A stretch of 35,051 nt of DNA from Chiloscyllium plagiosum (Eukaryota): positions 1 through 35,051 of the forward strand of contig NW_025213691.1 in the NCBI RefSeq assembly GCF_004010195.1. Reading direction: 5' to 3'. The translations under genes and the position numbers were made by a program. The notes below the pieces were generated by a model. That model did not search any database. It worked only from the letters and a program-made list of their open reading frames with translations, and had not been told where the DNA came from. This document shows, in pieces, positions 12,967-23,999 of this stretch. The first letter of the stretch is position 1; each line of letters starts with the position of its first letter.

Positions 12967-13050
12967 CTCTGGATGAGTGATGGTGACTGTTGTTACAGCA
13001 TCAGGGTCTGCAACATGACCAACAACTGGAGCAGAGGCTGCAGAGAGGAC
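12967..13050 (+). mobile_element. Short Harbinger transposase 5' fragment
   Basis: GTTACAGCATCAGGGTCTGCAACATGACCAACAACTGGAGCAGAGGCTGCAGAGAGG closely matches ~23007-23063. Confidence 0.6.
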
Positions 13051-13079
13051 AGTCTCCGTAAAATGGAATGAGGGAATCA

Positions 13080-13165
13080 CCATCAGATCAGCCGTGGTTT
13101 TAGTGAATGGTAGGACAGGATTGAATGGACCACGAATGCAACTTATTCATGTATTTATGTTGTTC
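13080..13165 (+). mobile_element. CR1 3'-terminal fragment
   Basis: ATCAGATCAGCC...TGAATGG...TTATGTT resembles the CR1 tail; similar pieces lie at ~4880-4937 and ~8723-8780. Confidence 0.5.
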
Positions 13166-13216
13166 CAAGCAAACTCCCATTCTCTCCCAGTGTCCCCTAC
13201 TGGTGGGAAGTGAGGC

Positions 13217-13530
13217 ACCTCCTCCTGTTCCTGCTTAACTGGACCCTGGGGCCTCACTAGCCTACAGGTTCCCTGTGGCCCAGTTTCGAATGGTTATGTG
13301 ACTGACTCCTGTTCCAGTGTCCCAGCCTCGAGCAGTTGAACGACTGCCTCCTGTTCCTGTGTCCCAGTCTCAAGCAGTTGAGTGCCTCCCTCCTGTTCCA
13401 ATGTCCCAGCCTTGAGCAGTTGAGTGACTGCCTCCGGTTCCAGTGTCCCAGCCTTGAGCAGTGGAATGAATGCCTCCTGTTCCAGTGTCCCAGTCTCAAG
13501 GGGTTGGATGACTGCCTCCTGATCCAAGGT
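13217..13530 (+). repeat. 42-bp minisatellite (about 5.5 good plus 2 decayed units)
   Basis: Units start at 13301, 13343, 13385, 13427, 13469 and 13511; consensus ACTGCCTCCTGTTCCAGTGTCCCAGCCTTGAGCAGTTGAATG. Confidence 0.93.
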
Positions 13531-14507
13531 TTGCGTTAGTAGATGTCCTCCCCCTGTTCCTTCTGACAGGCTCCAATAGCTCTGTGCTTACCTGCTGCGC
13601 CTGGGGAATGGAATTGAGGGACAGAATGGCCTTTTCTCATTCCTTACAGCTTCTCTTAACTAAAAACCATTCTCCTGCTTCTGTAGATCACCATCAAAAT
13701 TTGAATGATGCATTTCTGTATTTTACTCTCAGTAATTGAGCAAACAAGCTGACTGACAGAATTCAGAAGCTGAATAGCCTCCTGTGCCTGTGTTATACAC
13801 TCAAGTGGCAATAGAGTCTCAGAGACGTACAGCACAGAAAAAGATCCTTCAGTCCGGTCGTCCACGCCGACCAAATATCCAAAATAAATCTCGTCCCCCT
13901 TGCTAGCACTTGGCCCATCTCCCTCTAAATACCTCCCATGCATGGATCCATCCAAATGCCTTTTAAATAGTGTAATTGTACCTGCCTCCACCACTGCTTT
14001 TGGCTGTTCAATTCATACACGCAACAGTCTCTGTGTGAAAATGTTGTCCCTCATGACCCTATTTAAAACTTTCCCCTCTCATCTAAAACCTTTGTCTTCT
14101 AATTTTGAACTCGCCTATGCTGGGAAAAGACGTTGACTGTTTACCTTATCTATGCCACTCATGATTTTATAATCCTCTTTAAGGTCACCCCTCAGCCTCA
14201 ACACTTGAAAATAGCCCCAGCCTATTCAAACTCTCCCTGTAACTCTAACCCTCAAACACCTGTAACATTCTTATAAATCTCTTCTGTACCATTTCAAGTT
14301 TGACAACGTCTTTCCGACAGCAGTGAGAACAGAATTAAAGGCAGTATTACAAAAGTGGCCAAACCAATGTCCTGTACAGATGCAACATGTCGAGAAAATG
14401 TTTAGAGTCAAAGCACGTTCCAATAAAGGGCAGGTCACCAAGTGCCTTCTTCACTGCGCTGTCTACCTGTGCCGGCACTTTCAAGGAACGGAGAACCTGC
14501 ACCACAA

Positions 14508-14868
14508 GGTGACACAGTAGCTCAGTGACTAGCATTGCTGCTTGAGAGCATAGCGATCTGGGTTTAATTCCATCCTTGAATGACTGCCTGTGTGGTGTTT
14601 ACACATTCTCCCTGTGTCTGCATGAGTTTCCTCCGGATATTATGTTTTCCTCCGACAGTATAAAGATATACAGGTAAGGGTAGATTGGCCATGCTAAATT
14701 GCGTAAAGTAACCAGGGATGTGTAGGCGAGGTGGATTAACCATGGGAAATGCAGGCTCAGAAGGATAGGGTCGGGGTTTGTCCAGTGGGATACTGTTTAG
14801 AGGTTCGGTGTGGCCTCGATGGGCCGAATAGGCTGTTTCCTCACTGCAGGGTTTCAATAATTTCTATG
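14508..14868 (+). mobile_element. Full-length HE1-family SINE (tRNA head, V-domain, LINE-derived tail)
   Basis: GGTGACACAGTAGCTCAGTGACTAGCA (A box), GGTTTAATTCC (B box), TGTGTGGTGTTTACACATTCTCCCTGTGTCTGC (V-domain-like), GGCCATGCTAAATTGC, tail TTCTATG. Confidence 0.93.
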
Positions 14869-16255
14869 GAGTTCTCCTTGATTGGAAGTTTTCGACAGCA
14901 CCATATCTACATGTTTTGCCTTGGTTAGTCTTGCCAAAATGCAACACCTCACATTTAACTAAAACAAACTCCATCTGCCACTCCTCGGCTTACCTAAGCA
15001 AAGTCCCATTATAGTCTGAGATATTATTGTTCACTGTCGACTACACCAACAAATTTGGAATTATCTACAAACTTACTGACTATACTTTATATACTCAAAT
15101 GCAAATGCTTTCGATAAGTGACAAAATGCAGTGGACCCACTGTTGATCTTTGTGGCACGCCACTGGTGACAGGTCTCCATGTTTAATGAACAAATATCCA
15201 CTGTCACGCCCTGTCTCCAATATTAAAGAAAATTTTGGATCTAAATGGCGAGCTCTCCCTGGATCCCAGGCAGTCTAACCTTGCCAACCAGTCTACCATG
15301 TAGAACATTTTGGTTTTCTTACTGAATTCCATAAAAACAACATCCACTGTCATACCTTCATCAATCATCTTCATCACTTCCTCAAAAAAATCCACCGAGT
15401 CAGTGAGACGTGATCTCCAATGTACAAAGCTCTCTTCCATCCCTGTCTTTCCAAATGCATATCGATCCTTTTCCTCGAAATCCCCTCCAACTATTTAGTC
15501 ACCATTGACGTCAGGCTCACCAGTCTATAGTTACCTGTTTTTCCCTTACGTAAATAATGACACTATGTTAGCAGCCTTCCTGTCTTTTGTCACATCACCT
15601 GTGGAAATCAATGTACAAATATATCAGCAAAATGCTGAGCAATCTATTTCCTAGCTTCCCACAAACTACTGGGATACAACTGATTAGGTCCCAGGGATTT
15701 GTTCACCTTTATGTGTTTCAAAGTGTCCAACACTTCCTTGTAATATAGGTACTTTTCAAGGTATCACTGTATATTTCTTCATTCTCTCGCTCTTGTAACC
15801 TCCTCCACATTAAATACTGAGGAGAAATACTTGTTTAGCATCCGTCCAATCTGCTATGGTTCCACACATAAGTAGCCTTATTGACCTTTAAGGGGCCCTG
15901 TTCTCTCCCTAGTTAATCTTTTGCCAATAAAGGATTTGTAGAATTTCTTCAATCCCTCATTAACCCAATTTCTAAAGCCATCTCATGTCCACATTTTTCT
16001 GGCACGATTTCCCCGATGACAATAGACTTTCTGCCCTTATACTCCTCTCGTGATTCACTTGATCTCAGCTCTGTTTACCTGACATATGCCTCCTTCCTTA
16101 CCTTGACCAGAGCATCAATATATCTAGCCATCCAGTACTCCCTGCACGCACCAGCCTTGCCCGTCTCACTAATAGGAACACGTTGGCTCTGGACTCTCTG
16201 AAACCACGTTTTGATGGCCTTGCATTTTCCAACTATCCCTTTACCTGTGAATAGG

Positions 16256-16707
16256 TGTGGTGTAAAATTCCAAGCAGTGGAATGTGGTGAAACGGTTAAA
16301 AATTATGTCCCAATACATGTGTGAATCTAACCGGAATGGAGGTGTTGCTTAGTCCCGTGTGAATCTTCTTATCTGTATGTAACCAGAATGGAATGTGTTT
16401 TTTAGCCTTGCTCTGCTGTTCACATGAATGTTTATATCTGGAAGGGAGTATATCAGCTGGAAAAGTCTCCAGTTCGGTGAGTCTGCTCCGGGGTTACGTT
16501 TAACCGCCGAGCGTGGGTTGTTGGCAACCGCTCTACGAGAACTGACGGCTCCCAGTTTTTGTAACATGTAGAGTGAGTATAAGCCAGACCCGTTGTGCGA
16601 CGCTGCGGGGAATAAAATGCCCATATTCTAGCAGTCTCGCCTCTTGGTCGTTTGTTCTGTGTCAGACTACTCTCCTACGAACCTGACCTTGAGAATTTTT
16701 TAAAACA
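16256..16707 (+). mobile_element. Solo LTR, 452 bp, 5-bp TSD
   Basis: ATAGG|TGTGGTGTAAAATTC...GAATTTTTTAAAACA|ATAGG; TG...CA termini with an imperfect terminal inverted repeat; AATAAA at 16611-16616; CpG-rich. Confidence 0.88.
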
Positions 16708-16885
16708 ATAGGGTATCCCAATCAGCCTTTCATAGGGCTCGCCTAACATTTTCAAAATTGGCCTCATTCGAAGTTAGAACTGTAATGTTGACATCAGCTA
16801 TTTCCTATTCCATAACTAATTTAAAACTAAGATTTATGCATAACAGACTTGAAAATTAAATCAACAATTCCTTCCCCTCCAATAC

Positions 16886-17020
16886 GGCTCGAAAGTCTGA
16901 ATAGGCTCCTCCTGTCCCTCTGTGATAGACGCAAGAGACTTAATGGCCTCCTCCAGTTCTTCTATAACACACTCGAGAGGCTGCATGGCCTCCTCCTGTC
17001 CCTGTGTAACAGATCCGAGA
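16886..17020 (+). repeat. 42-bp minisatellite, about 3 units
   Basis: Units start at 16886, 16928, 16970 and 17012; e.g. CTCGAGAGGCTGCATGGCCTCCTCCTGTCCCTGTGTAACA. Confidence 0.8.
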
Positions 17021-17774
17021 CACAGCAACCCGTGGATTATGAGCAGCCTTTAAACTGTATCTGATGGAGATTCATCCCTTCTCAGATACAGAAACACAAA
17101 CAACACAATGTACCAAAGGTGCCCTCTCAGTTACACGTTATGCAGCTGCAGCAACATATCTCTTTGTTTTGAATGATTCTGTTGAGAAAATGTGCCAATA
17201 TTCCAGCTTTCCACCTTTTCAAGTAGCAACAGGCTAATATGAGCTGAATGGTCTTCTCTTATCCCTCTGTAAGAGGCCCATAGGGAGAGAATTCCTTTGG
17301 CCTGTTCCTGAGCAGCAGTCCCAATGCCCTGTCTCAAGGTTATGAAAGGATTTGACAACAGGGCATTAAAACCAGGAGTGGCCACACACTGGTCAATACG
17401 TACCGTACTTTGTGTTCAGGAATCGAGAACCTTGTCCACTCCCCTTTTTTGTGCAGCCGATCTGTTATTTTATAACTGCCTCCTTTCATAAACAGAGTGG
17501 AACATATATAGACACCTGCAGTGTTCTGTTAATACTCTCATATACAAGGAAAACAAGATATAAAATATTGAAAGATTTATGGCCCATCCCTCAGCAACCC
17601 TCATCCATTCCATCCAAAACCAGTAAATGAAAACTGATGTATTGAATTGGTTAACTGAGTCTATTTGTTCAGTGACTGCGATTAATGCCAATCGACATGG
17701 ATTCTAATTATCCCAGTGGAGAGTTTCCATCTTTTAATGATAAATGGGCGCCGTTCAATGTGTAAACCCATAAC

Positions 17775-18012
17775 ATGAGCGGAGCATCACCGACAGCACT
17801 GACAGGGATCAGCAGATCCAGAGAGAGGGGGAGGAGAGAGCAGAACCTGGGAACATTAGACAGGAATATTCCAACAATAGACAGGAGCTTATCCGATTAT
17901 GTTTGGTATCTTTCTGCATTTTAATGGTTGTCATTATCATCGCAGATCTATTACGCTCTTCTCATTATTCAATACTTTTATTATCCCTTCCTGGCTTTCG
18001 TTGGTGTTCCTG
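17775..18012 (+). pseudogene. GPR139-like class A GPCR, exon 1 (N-terminus and start of TM1), with premature stop
   Basis: MSGASPT...EQNLGTLDRNIPTIDRSLSDYVWYLSAF*WLSLSSQIYYALLIIQYFYYPFLAFVGVP, then G|GTGAGT (phase-1 donor at 18013). YYPxLxxxGVP followed by a phase-1 intron matches the GPR139/142 family as I recall it (human YYSLLLCLGLP/A). TAA at 17922-17924. Confidence 0.75.
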
Positions 18013-18840
18013 GTGAGTGTCACTTTCCAGATTTTGTTTTCTATAAACCAGTTATGACTGTATTATTGTTATTTCGTAGAGTCTACACTTCCTGCCACTA
18101 TTATTGTTCCAATCCAATCCAATCTCTCAATCCAGATATTCAGTCTACAGACCACTGCTAACTGCATCAATTAAGTCGTTCAATTACTGTCTCCCTCTCT
18201 GCTCTGGCAGTGTTACTCACAGATCTCTATGTTGAACTATGCAGTTTCAGGTGAGAATCACAATGCATCGTATCATTGCCTTTGCTGTTAAGAGCATGGA
18301 GGTCACTGTTTACTGTTCTGGTTACAAACTCCACTTCCTTCCACTGTTTCCATCCCATCCCTGGCCAATATCTGCGGCTGAAGCAGACATGTCACAACTG
18401 TGGGAGATCCCTTTGATAATGAGCTGATTCTTGCACCATTCCCTGACCGTTTCTAACTTGAAATACTCACCACTCCAGAACATATCTCACTGGTTTATTC
18501 CATCTGCTGTTTTAATCTTGAGCTATGAAGTACAGTCTTAATGAAGTCAATAATCTGCTGCTGGCGCTCCCAGCATCAAACCTGCCCAAGCAAATCTGAT
18601 TCGAACTCACACCAAACTCCCATCCATCTGTCATTCATGTGAATGGCGATATATATTGCTGTTGTGTCTGGCAATGCCTTTATTTTAGCATTCTCAAACA
18701 CTTTACCTCATCTGTCCATGAAACTTCCCTCGTTCTCTCTGTTGATTAACAAAAAGCCTGCCAGTTGTTCGTATTTAAAATTGTTTCCTCCATGTGCGTT
18801 CCTTCTCAAACAAAGAGTTTTGCATTCAACCACCCAATCA

Positions 18841-18907
18841 CGCGCGCGCACACACACTCGCTCAGTCTCTGGTCTCTGATGAACACAGACACACACACAC
18901 ACACACA
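18841..18907. repeat. (CG)n(CA)n and (CA)n microsatellites
   Basis: CGCGCGCGCACACACAC at 18841-18857; (AC)n at ~18889-18907. Confidence 0.85.
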
Positions 18908-20250
18908 GCAAACCTTCCCATTGTAGGCAGTAATCTGATGCGAGTATAGATAGCATATGATAGTAAAGTTTGCAATATTCTCATGCTGGGCAGATAGTGT
19001 AGTTTACAGAGCAATACACTAGCATGGTCTGCACAGCTCTCCATCCTGGGCTGTCACCTTGTCCCAGTTTATGCTGTTTGTGGTGTTCTGTGAAGCAGAT
19101 TGTGAATTTGATATAACAAACCATTTCAGCTGATCTGGCAATGCCTTTATTCAATGTTCTGATTCTTGTAAATTTAATCTCGAAGATCTCACTTCTCCTG
19201 TTAGTCCCACTGCCCTGTCTTTTTCCCCATTTTTCTACAAAATCTTTTCAGTTAATTAACTGTCTGTTTCTGTCTTTAATGTGAATCTCTGTCCCTTAGT
19301 ATCTTTCCCTGGCCTTGGGTTTTGGCTCCCTTGTGTATCGAATGCTGGAATTGTGTAGCTCAGAAATAATGAAATGGAGTGTGTCAAGCTGTTGTTCACT
19401 TCCTGGTATGTCCCATGTGATGGTCCATGGACACGTGTGTTTCAGAAGTTATGAGAAACATCGTTGTAACATGGTCTGTACCTGTGGCTGTCCCTCTCAG
19501 GTGACCTTGCGATCAGTAACACGAGGAAGCCCACTGAGTAAAGGACCAGGCATCTAAATTGCCTGACAATGCTGTCACCTTTTTAATAAAAGGTTATTTT
19601 CTCCTTTTTTTTAGTAAGAGGTCTTAAAGGCCAAACTTCCTACTGAAAACGGATCAAATAAATAACTTACGGAGCTTTTAGGGTTTTTAAAATAAATAGT
19701 AATAACAATGGCCAGCTCGCACAGACCAGGCTTTCTCGTTTATTTTATTGTAGCTATAACAATCATCAGATGCTTGGGGTCCCAGAAGGGTTGTAAGTTT
19801 TAGTAAACTATCCCTAGCTGCTATTCTGTCTGGAATCTCACTTGATACTGTTTCCTCCTGGATTGGAGAACTGTATGCAACAATGCATGTCTGAATGTTC
19901 CTTTTTGCCAAAGGGTGTGTTTATGGGATGATGGTATATTGGGACAGTTCATTTGTAGAAGGTACTGTATCCATTATTCAGTTCAGATTTCCAATAGTTG
20001 AGTTATTCTAAATTCCTCTTCATTTTGTATGGATTGTCATTAGAGTGTTTAAATATATTGAGTTTTGCTTAATGGTGAGTGGTTTGAATAGTAGCATCAC
20101 ATCTGGAACACACACTTCACATCTACCTTAAAAATAAGGAAAGGTTGGCATCCAATCTACTTTCTTGAAATAGTTTGAAGAAGTCTGGTTCGTCTATAGC
20201 AAACTGGGGACTCTTGTCCGGTTCTAAATCGATAATTCCAAATTGGGTTT

Positions 20251-20482
20251 AGAATTTGCAAACACGCCATTCGACCCAACAAGTCCACACCAACCCTCCG
20301 AGGAGTTACCCACCCAGACGCATTCCTCTACCCTATTACTACACATTTACCCCGACGAAGGCAACGAACCCATACATCCCTGAAATCTATGAACAATTTA
20401 TCATGGCCAATACACCTGATATGCACATCTTTGGGTTGTTGGAAGATACCAAATCATCCAGAATAAGCTCACGCAGACACTG
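20251..20482 (-). mobile_element. HE1 SINE, 5'-truncated, inside the Gypsy element
   Basis: CCCAACAAGTCCACACCAACCCTCCGA...CATGGCCAAT...GCACATCTTTGG...CACGCAGACAC is the reverse complement of HE1. Confidence 0.85.
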
Positions 20483-20839
20483 CAGTAAAGTGCACCAGGA
20501 GGCTATTGGGTTCAAAGGTCACGTATGGTAGTTGTTAGTGTCTTTTGTTCCGGATGTTGAATTCATTTGGTTTAAACAGTGTTTTCTGCATAAAGATTCA
20601 GTCACTAAGAGTTCTCTGGGTGTGGAAAAGTGAAGTTGAGGGTTTTACAAAAGAGAATGAAGGCAAAGCTGTAGAAATTGGCAGACAAGCTGGAGTTGGG
20701 GTTGTGGTTAATTGTGAGAACATGAGAGATAATTACAGCTATAGCTCGGGAATTACATTTGGTGGAACCGCCATCAGACCCTTTCGAAATGGCTGGAATT
20801 CAATTTCAAATGTGGCCCTTTGAACATGAGAAGGAATTG

Positions 20840-21565
20840 AAACAGTATGAATTATGATGAAAAGTAGAAATAAAAGAAAGGGAAATGAAGAAGAAAGAGA
20901 GAAAAGGACAGAAGAAAAACAGAGAGTTTCAACTTAAAAAGTTAGCAATTCGAGAAGAAAGTTGACACAGAGGGCGGAGATGAAGGTAGACGGTCGGCTG
21001 GATGAGGAGGATAGTGAGGTTGAACAACCCTATTGTAACCAATGGTCTAATGGGGTTCTGTTTCAATGCATCCAGGCATTATCTAAATTTGATGAGAAGG
21101 ATGGGGAAGCCTTTTGAATTTCATTTGAGAAAGTGGCGAAACAAATGCAGACACCAGTTACCATGTGGATTTAGTTGATCCAAACAAAGCTGATAGGTAT
21201 TTGCATCCCTATCGGAGGCGGTGTCTGGGGAGTATGAGGAGGTGAAGAAAGCCATCTGAAGTACATATGAGCTTGGGTCAGAAGCCGACAGACAGAATTT
21301 CAGGAATCTAAAAAAGGGTCCCTGGATAAACGCACAATTGAGTTTGAAAGGATCAAACAAAGTAATTTTGAATGATGGGGAAGGGTATTAAAAACTGAGC
21401 AAACCTATGGCACTCTTAAAGAGATTCTTATTTTGGAGAAGTTCAAAAATTCACTTCCTGCAGTCGTGAGAACTCGTGTGGAAGAGCAGAGAGATAACAT
21501 TGCAAGAATAGAAGCTGAAATGGCTGATAATGATGATTGAGTTCAGAAATCAAAGTTTGGTTTCT
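20840..21565 (+). pseudogene. Gypsy Gag remnant with SCAN-like capsid C-terminal domain
   Basis: KFDEKDGEAF*ISFEKVAKQMQ...YEEVKKAI*STYEL...RQNFRN...LKEILILEKFKNSLPAVVRTRVEEQ...AEMAD. Confidence 0.8.
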
Positions 21566-22981
21566 GTGAGAGATGGAGAAGAATGTACGAGGTCTTCTTA
21601 AGGTTTACTGGCATAGGCCAGGAGAAGCAGGTAAAGAGCTGAGAGCATGAAGAGTTGCAGAAGCATGTAATTATTTTATGCTGAGACATGAGGAGCTATG
21701 TCATTCAAAAGGACGATTGGAAAGATGAGAATTGTTCCATTATGTAACGTGTGGTTGGAGTGTCCAGTGGAAACATCAACAGATTTATTCCACAAAGGGG
21801 AAGGAGGCCTTGAGCTTAGTGTTGGCGTTACAGCATTTCAGATTTACATTGCCAATAACATACATGGGAAAAATATTTTTTCCTTGATCGCGACCCCTCA
21901 AAGTTTTTGGAGAAGTTTAGGGAGAAAAATCCCAGTCTGGTTCAATTGAGGTTATTATTGCTGCCATTCAGTTTGAAACTACACAGGTGAAAGGGCGAGA
22001 AAACTTAAGTTTTGACACTTTGTGGAGACTTGCATGAAGAAAGACAACGGCATTCTGTGGTAAGAGTAAAATGACAGAAATCGAAATAGTTGTGAACATT
22101 TGTATGCTCAGAGTCAATGTAATATATATACATTTCAGTCCACTAATAGAGAAAGATTGGGAGGTCTAAAATGAATCCACTGTAGTATTTTGATGAATTA
22201 TTATATTAAAGGTGGAGTTGTGAAGATACTATCACTGTAAAAAGGTGATTTTCTCTTTTTTTTTGAAGAGAGGTTTTAAAGGCAGAGGTGCAGAACATCT
22301 GTCTGAAAACAGTTTAAATAAAAACCTGAGATTTTAGGTTTCATTAAAACGGTGGTAACAATGGAAGGGCAGTGGCCAGCTCTCCCAGACCAGGTTTCCT
22401 CATTTTGATTTTAGCTGCAGCATTCAAAAGCTGCTGGCGATCCCAAAAGGGTTGGAAGTTTTATTACAGGATACCCGGCTGCTTTTCTCTGAGATCTCTG
22501 TTGATGTTGTTTCCACCTGGAGTGGAAAACTGCTGGAAGGATCTGTATTTGAATATATCTTTGTGCCAAGTGGTGTAAACCAAAAAGGCTTGTATCTATT
22601 GTTTCTAGAGTGTGTGTTTCTATTGTTTCTGTAAGTATTCCAACATATAAATTATCCCAAAATATTCTTTTCTTTGATTGTATTTTAACTAAAGCATTTG
22701 AATAGATTATATTTTGCTTTATGTCGAGTGGTTTGACCAGCCACAACATACCTGTAAGGCACACTTCCCATCTATATTCAAAATAAGGAAAGGTTTGGTC
22801 TCAGCGGCATTCTTAAAATACTTTGTGGGGATCTGGACTGGTCCACAACACTTGTAGCCGAGGGGTTTCTGATTGACTCCTGTAATTGAAAAGTTAATGA
22901 AGGGGCTGGGGATGGTTTGCTGGAGGTTGTGCTGTGAGCTGCCTCAGACATTCAGGGAGACCTGAGGATGTGGTGACCCAA

Positions 22982-23880
22982 CTCTGGATGGAGCCTGGGG
23001 ACTGTAGTTACAGCATCTGGGTCTGCAACATGAACAACAAATGGAGCAGAGGCTGCAGAGAGGGGAAGCTCTGAAACCACGCAGAGAGTGTGTGTAGGTA
23101 AAGGGATCTGCTGGATCCACCCCGGGTTTTCCAGGAACAGCTTCCCAAGCTTCACTTAAGCCTGGAGTAGAGTGTGAAGGGACACTGATTGAACAAGGAG
23201 CTGGTCACAGAACGGTGTCAACTCCTTCAACACGACCTGCAGCTTCACACCAGGAGGAGAATGGTGCTGCCAGTGGCTGTTAAGGTCACTGTTTCATTCA
23301 GCTTCTATGATCCAGAACTTTCCAGGCAGGACTAGGTGATATATCCATCATCTCCCAGTATCTCAACATCAATGTCACCATTCAGTAATGGAGGATATAT
23401 ATGGTGGATGAGGTGAATACATTGATTCCCCCACAGCAGGGAACTGCCGTGTGTATCTAGTATAATGGGATTCCCGATGATGTCCATTGCATCTGCAGAG
23501 TACCCATGTCAATGGGGACAGATAGAGGAACTGTATGAGCTCTCTCTCTCTCTATTCATGTTACAGTGTACCCATGCACGGTACATCGTTTTGGTGAATA
23601 CCCACTGTCCTGGCAGCAGTTACGGCCTCTTCATTCAGAAGCAGTCAGCCATTCCCATCGTCATCGGGTCTCCACGTAGAAAGCAATGAATATATCTTGG
23701 AAAGATGCCGTCCTCTTGATGCACGTTTCAAAACACCATGCCCACCACCAACCAACCACATCAAAGTCTTCCATGTGTACGGAAAGCAATGGACCATCAA
23801 GGAGCAGACGACCAGGGATGGAGCAAAACCTCCCATGTCTGGACGGGTCTGAGTGAACACCCCCGTAAACAGCATCATTA
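22982..23880 (+). pseudogene. Harbinger (HARBI1-like) DDE transposase remnant
   Basis: PRVFQEQ...KELVTERCQLLQHDLQ...VLPVAVKVTVSFSFY; GFPM; HARYIVLVNTHCPGSSYGLFIQKQSAIP (cf. VNARYPGSSHDAFIL). Catalytic residues decayed. Confidence 0.82.
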
Positions 23881-23999
23881 AGTCCTGTAATCCCTCTCCA
23901 TTTCAGTAACGTACTGCCTTCTTGTAAATGAAATAACAGATTATAACATGTTAAATTTCCCCTGCCAAACTATTATCTATTGCCTTTACCTCTCTGAAT

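Larger units (their letters stand above)
13812..16840 (-). mobile_element. CR1-clade (HER1-like) LINE interrupted by an HE1 SINE and a solo LTR
   Basis: 3' end at ~13812-13870; MLHLYRTLVWPLL; FFEEVMKMIDEGMTVDVVFMEFSK. The CR1 sequence resumes at 16713 after the LTR. Confidence 0.9.
19562..22850 (+). mobile_element. Decayed Gypsy (Gmr1-like) LTR retrotransposon with two LTRs, pol largely deleted
   Basis: LTRs at ~19562-20201 and 22219-22850 share e.g. GGCCAGCTC..CAGACCAGG, GAGTGGTTTGA, CACACTTC and AAAATAAGGAAAGGTT. PBS-like TGGGGACTCTTGTCCGG at ~20205 (tRNA-Pro type); purine tract AAAGGTGGAG before the 3' LTR. Confidence 0.85.

Noticed and set aside
13217..13530. CRISPR-like appearance of the 42-bp array (also the 65-bp array)
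   Set aside because: Contiguous tandem units with no unique spacers, no cas genes, vertebrate context.
13257..13539. ORFs with 14-aa repeats (RLGHWNRRQS / LLFQCPSLEQ)
   Set aside because: Open in several frames on both strands because the unit is 42 bp; no gene context.
14508..14580. tRNA gene
   Set aside because: The A/B boxes belong to a SINE head that continues into the HE1 body.
18013..18161. C-terminal part of ORF 17928-18161 as coding
   Set aside because: It lies after the GTGAGT donor and has no GPCR motifs; intron read-through.
19558..19561. 4-bp TSD for the Gypsy element (ATTG vs CTTG at 22851-22854)
   Set aside because: One mismatch and the 5' LTR start is eroded, so it cannot be asserted.
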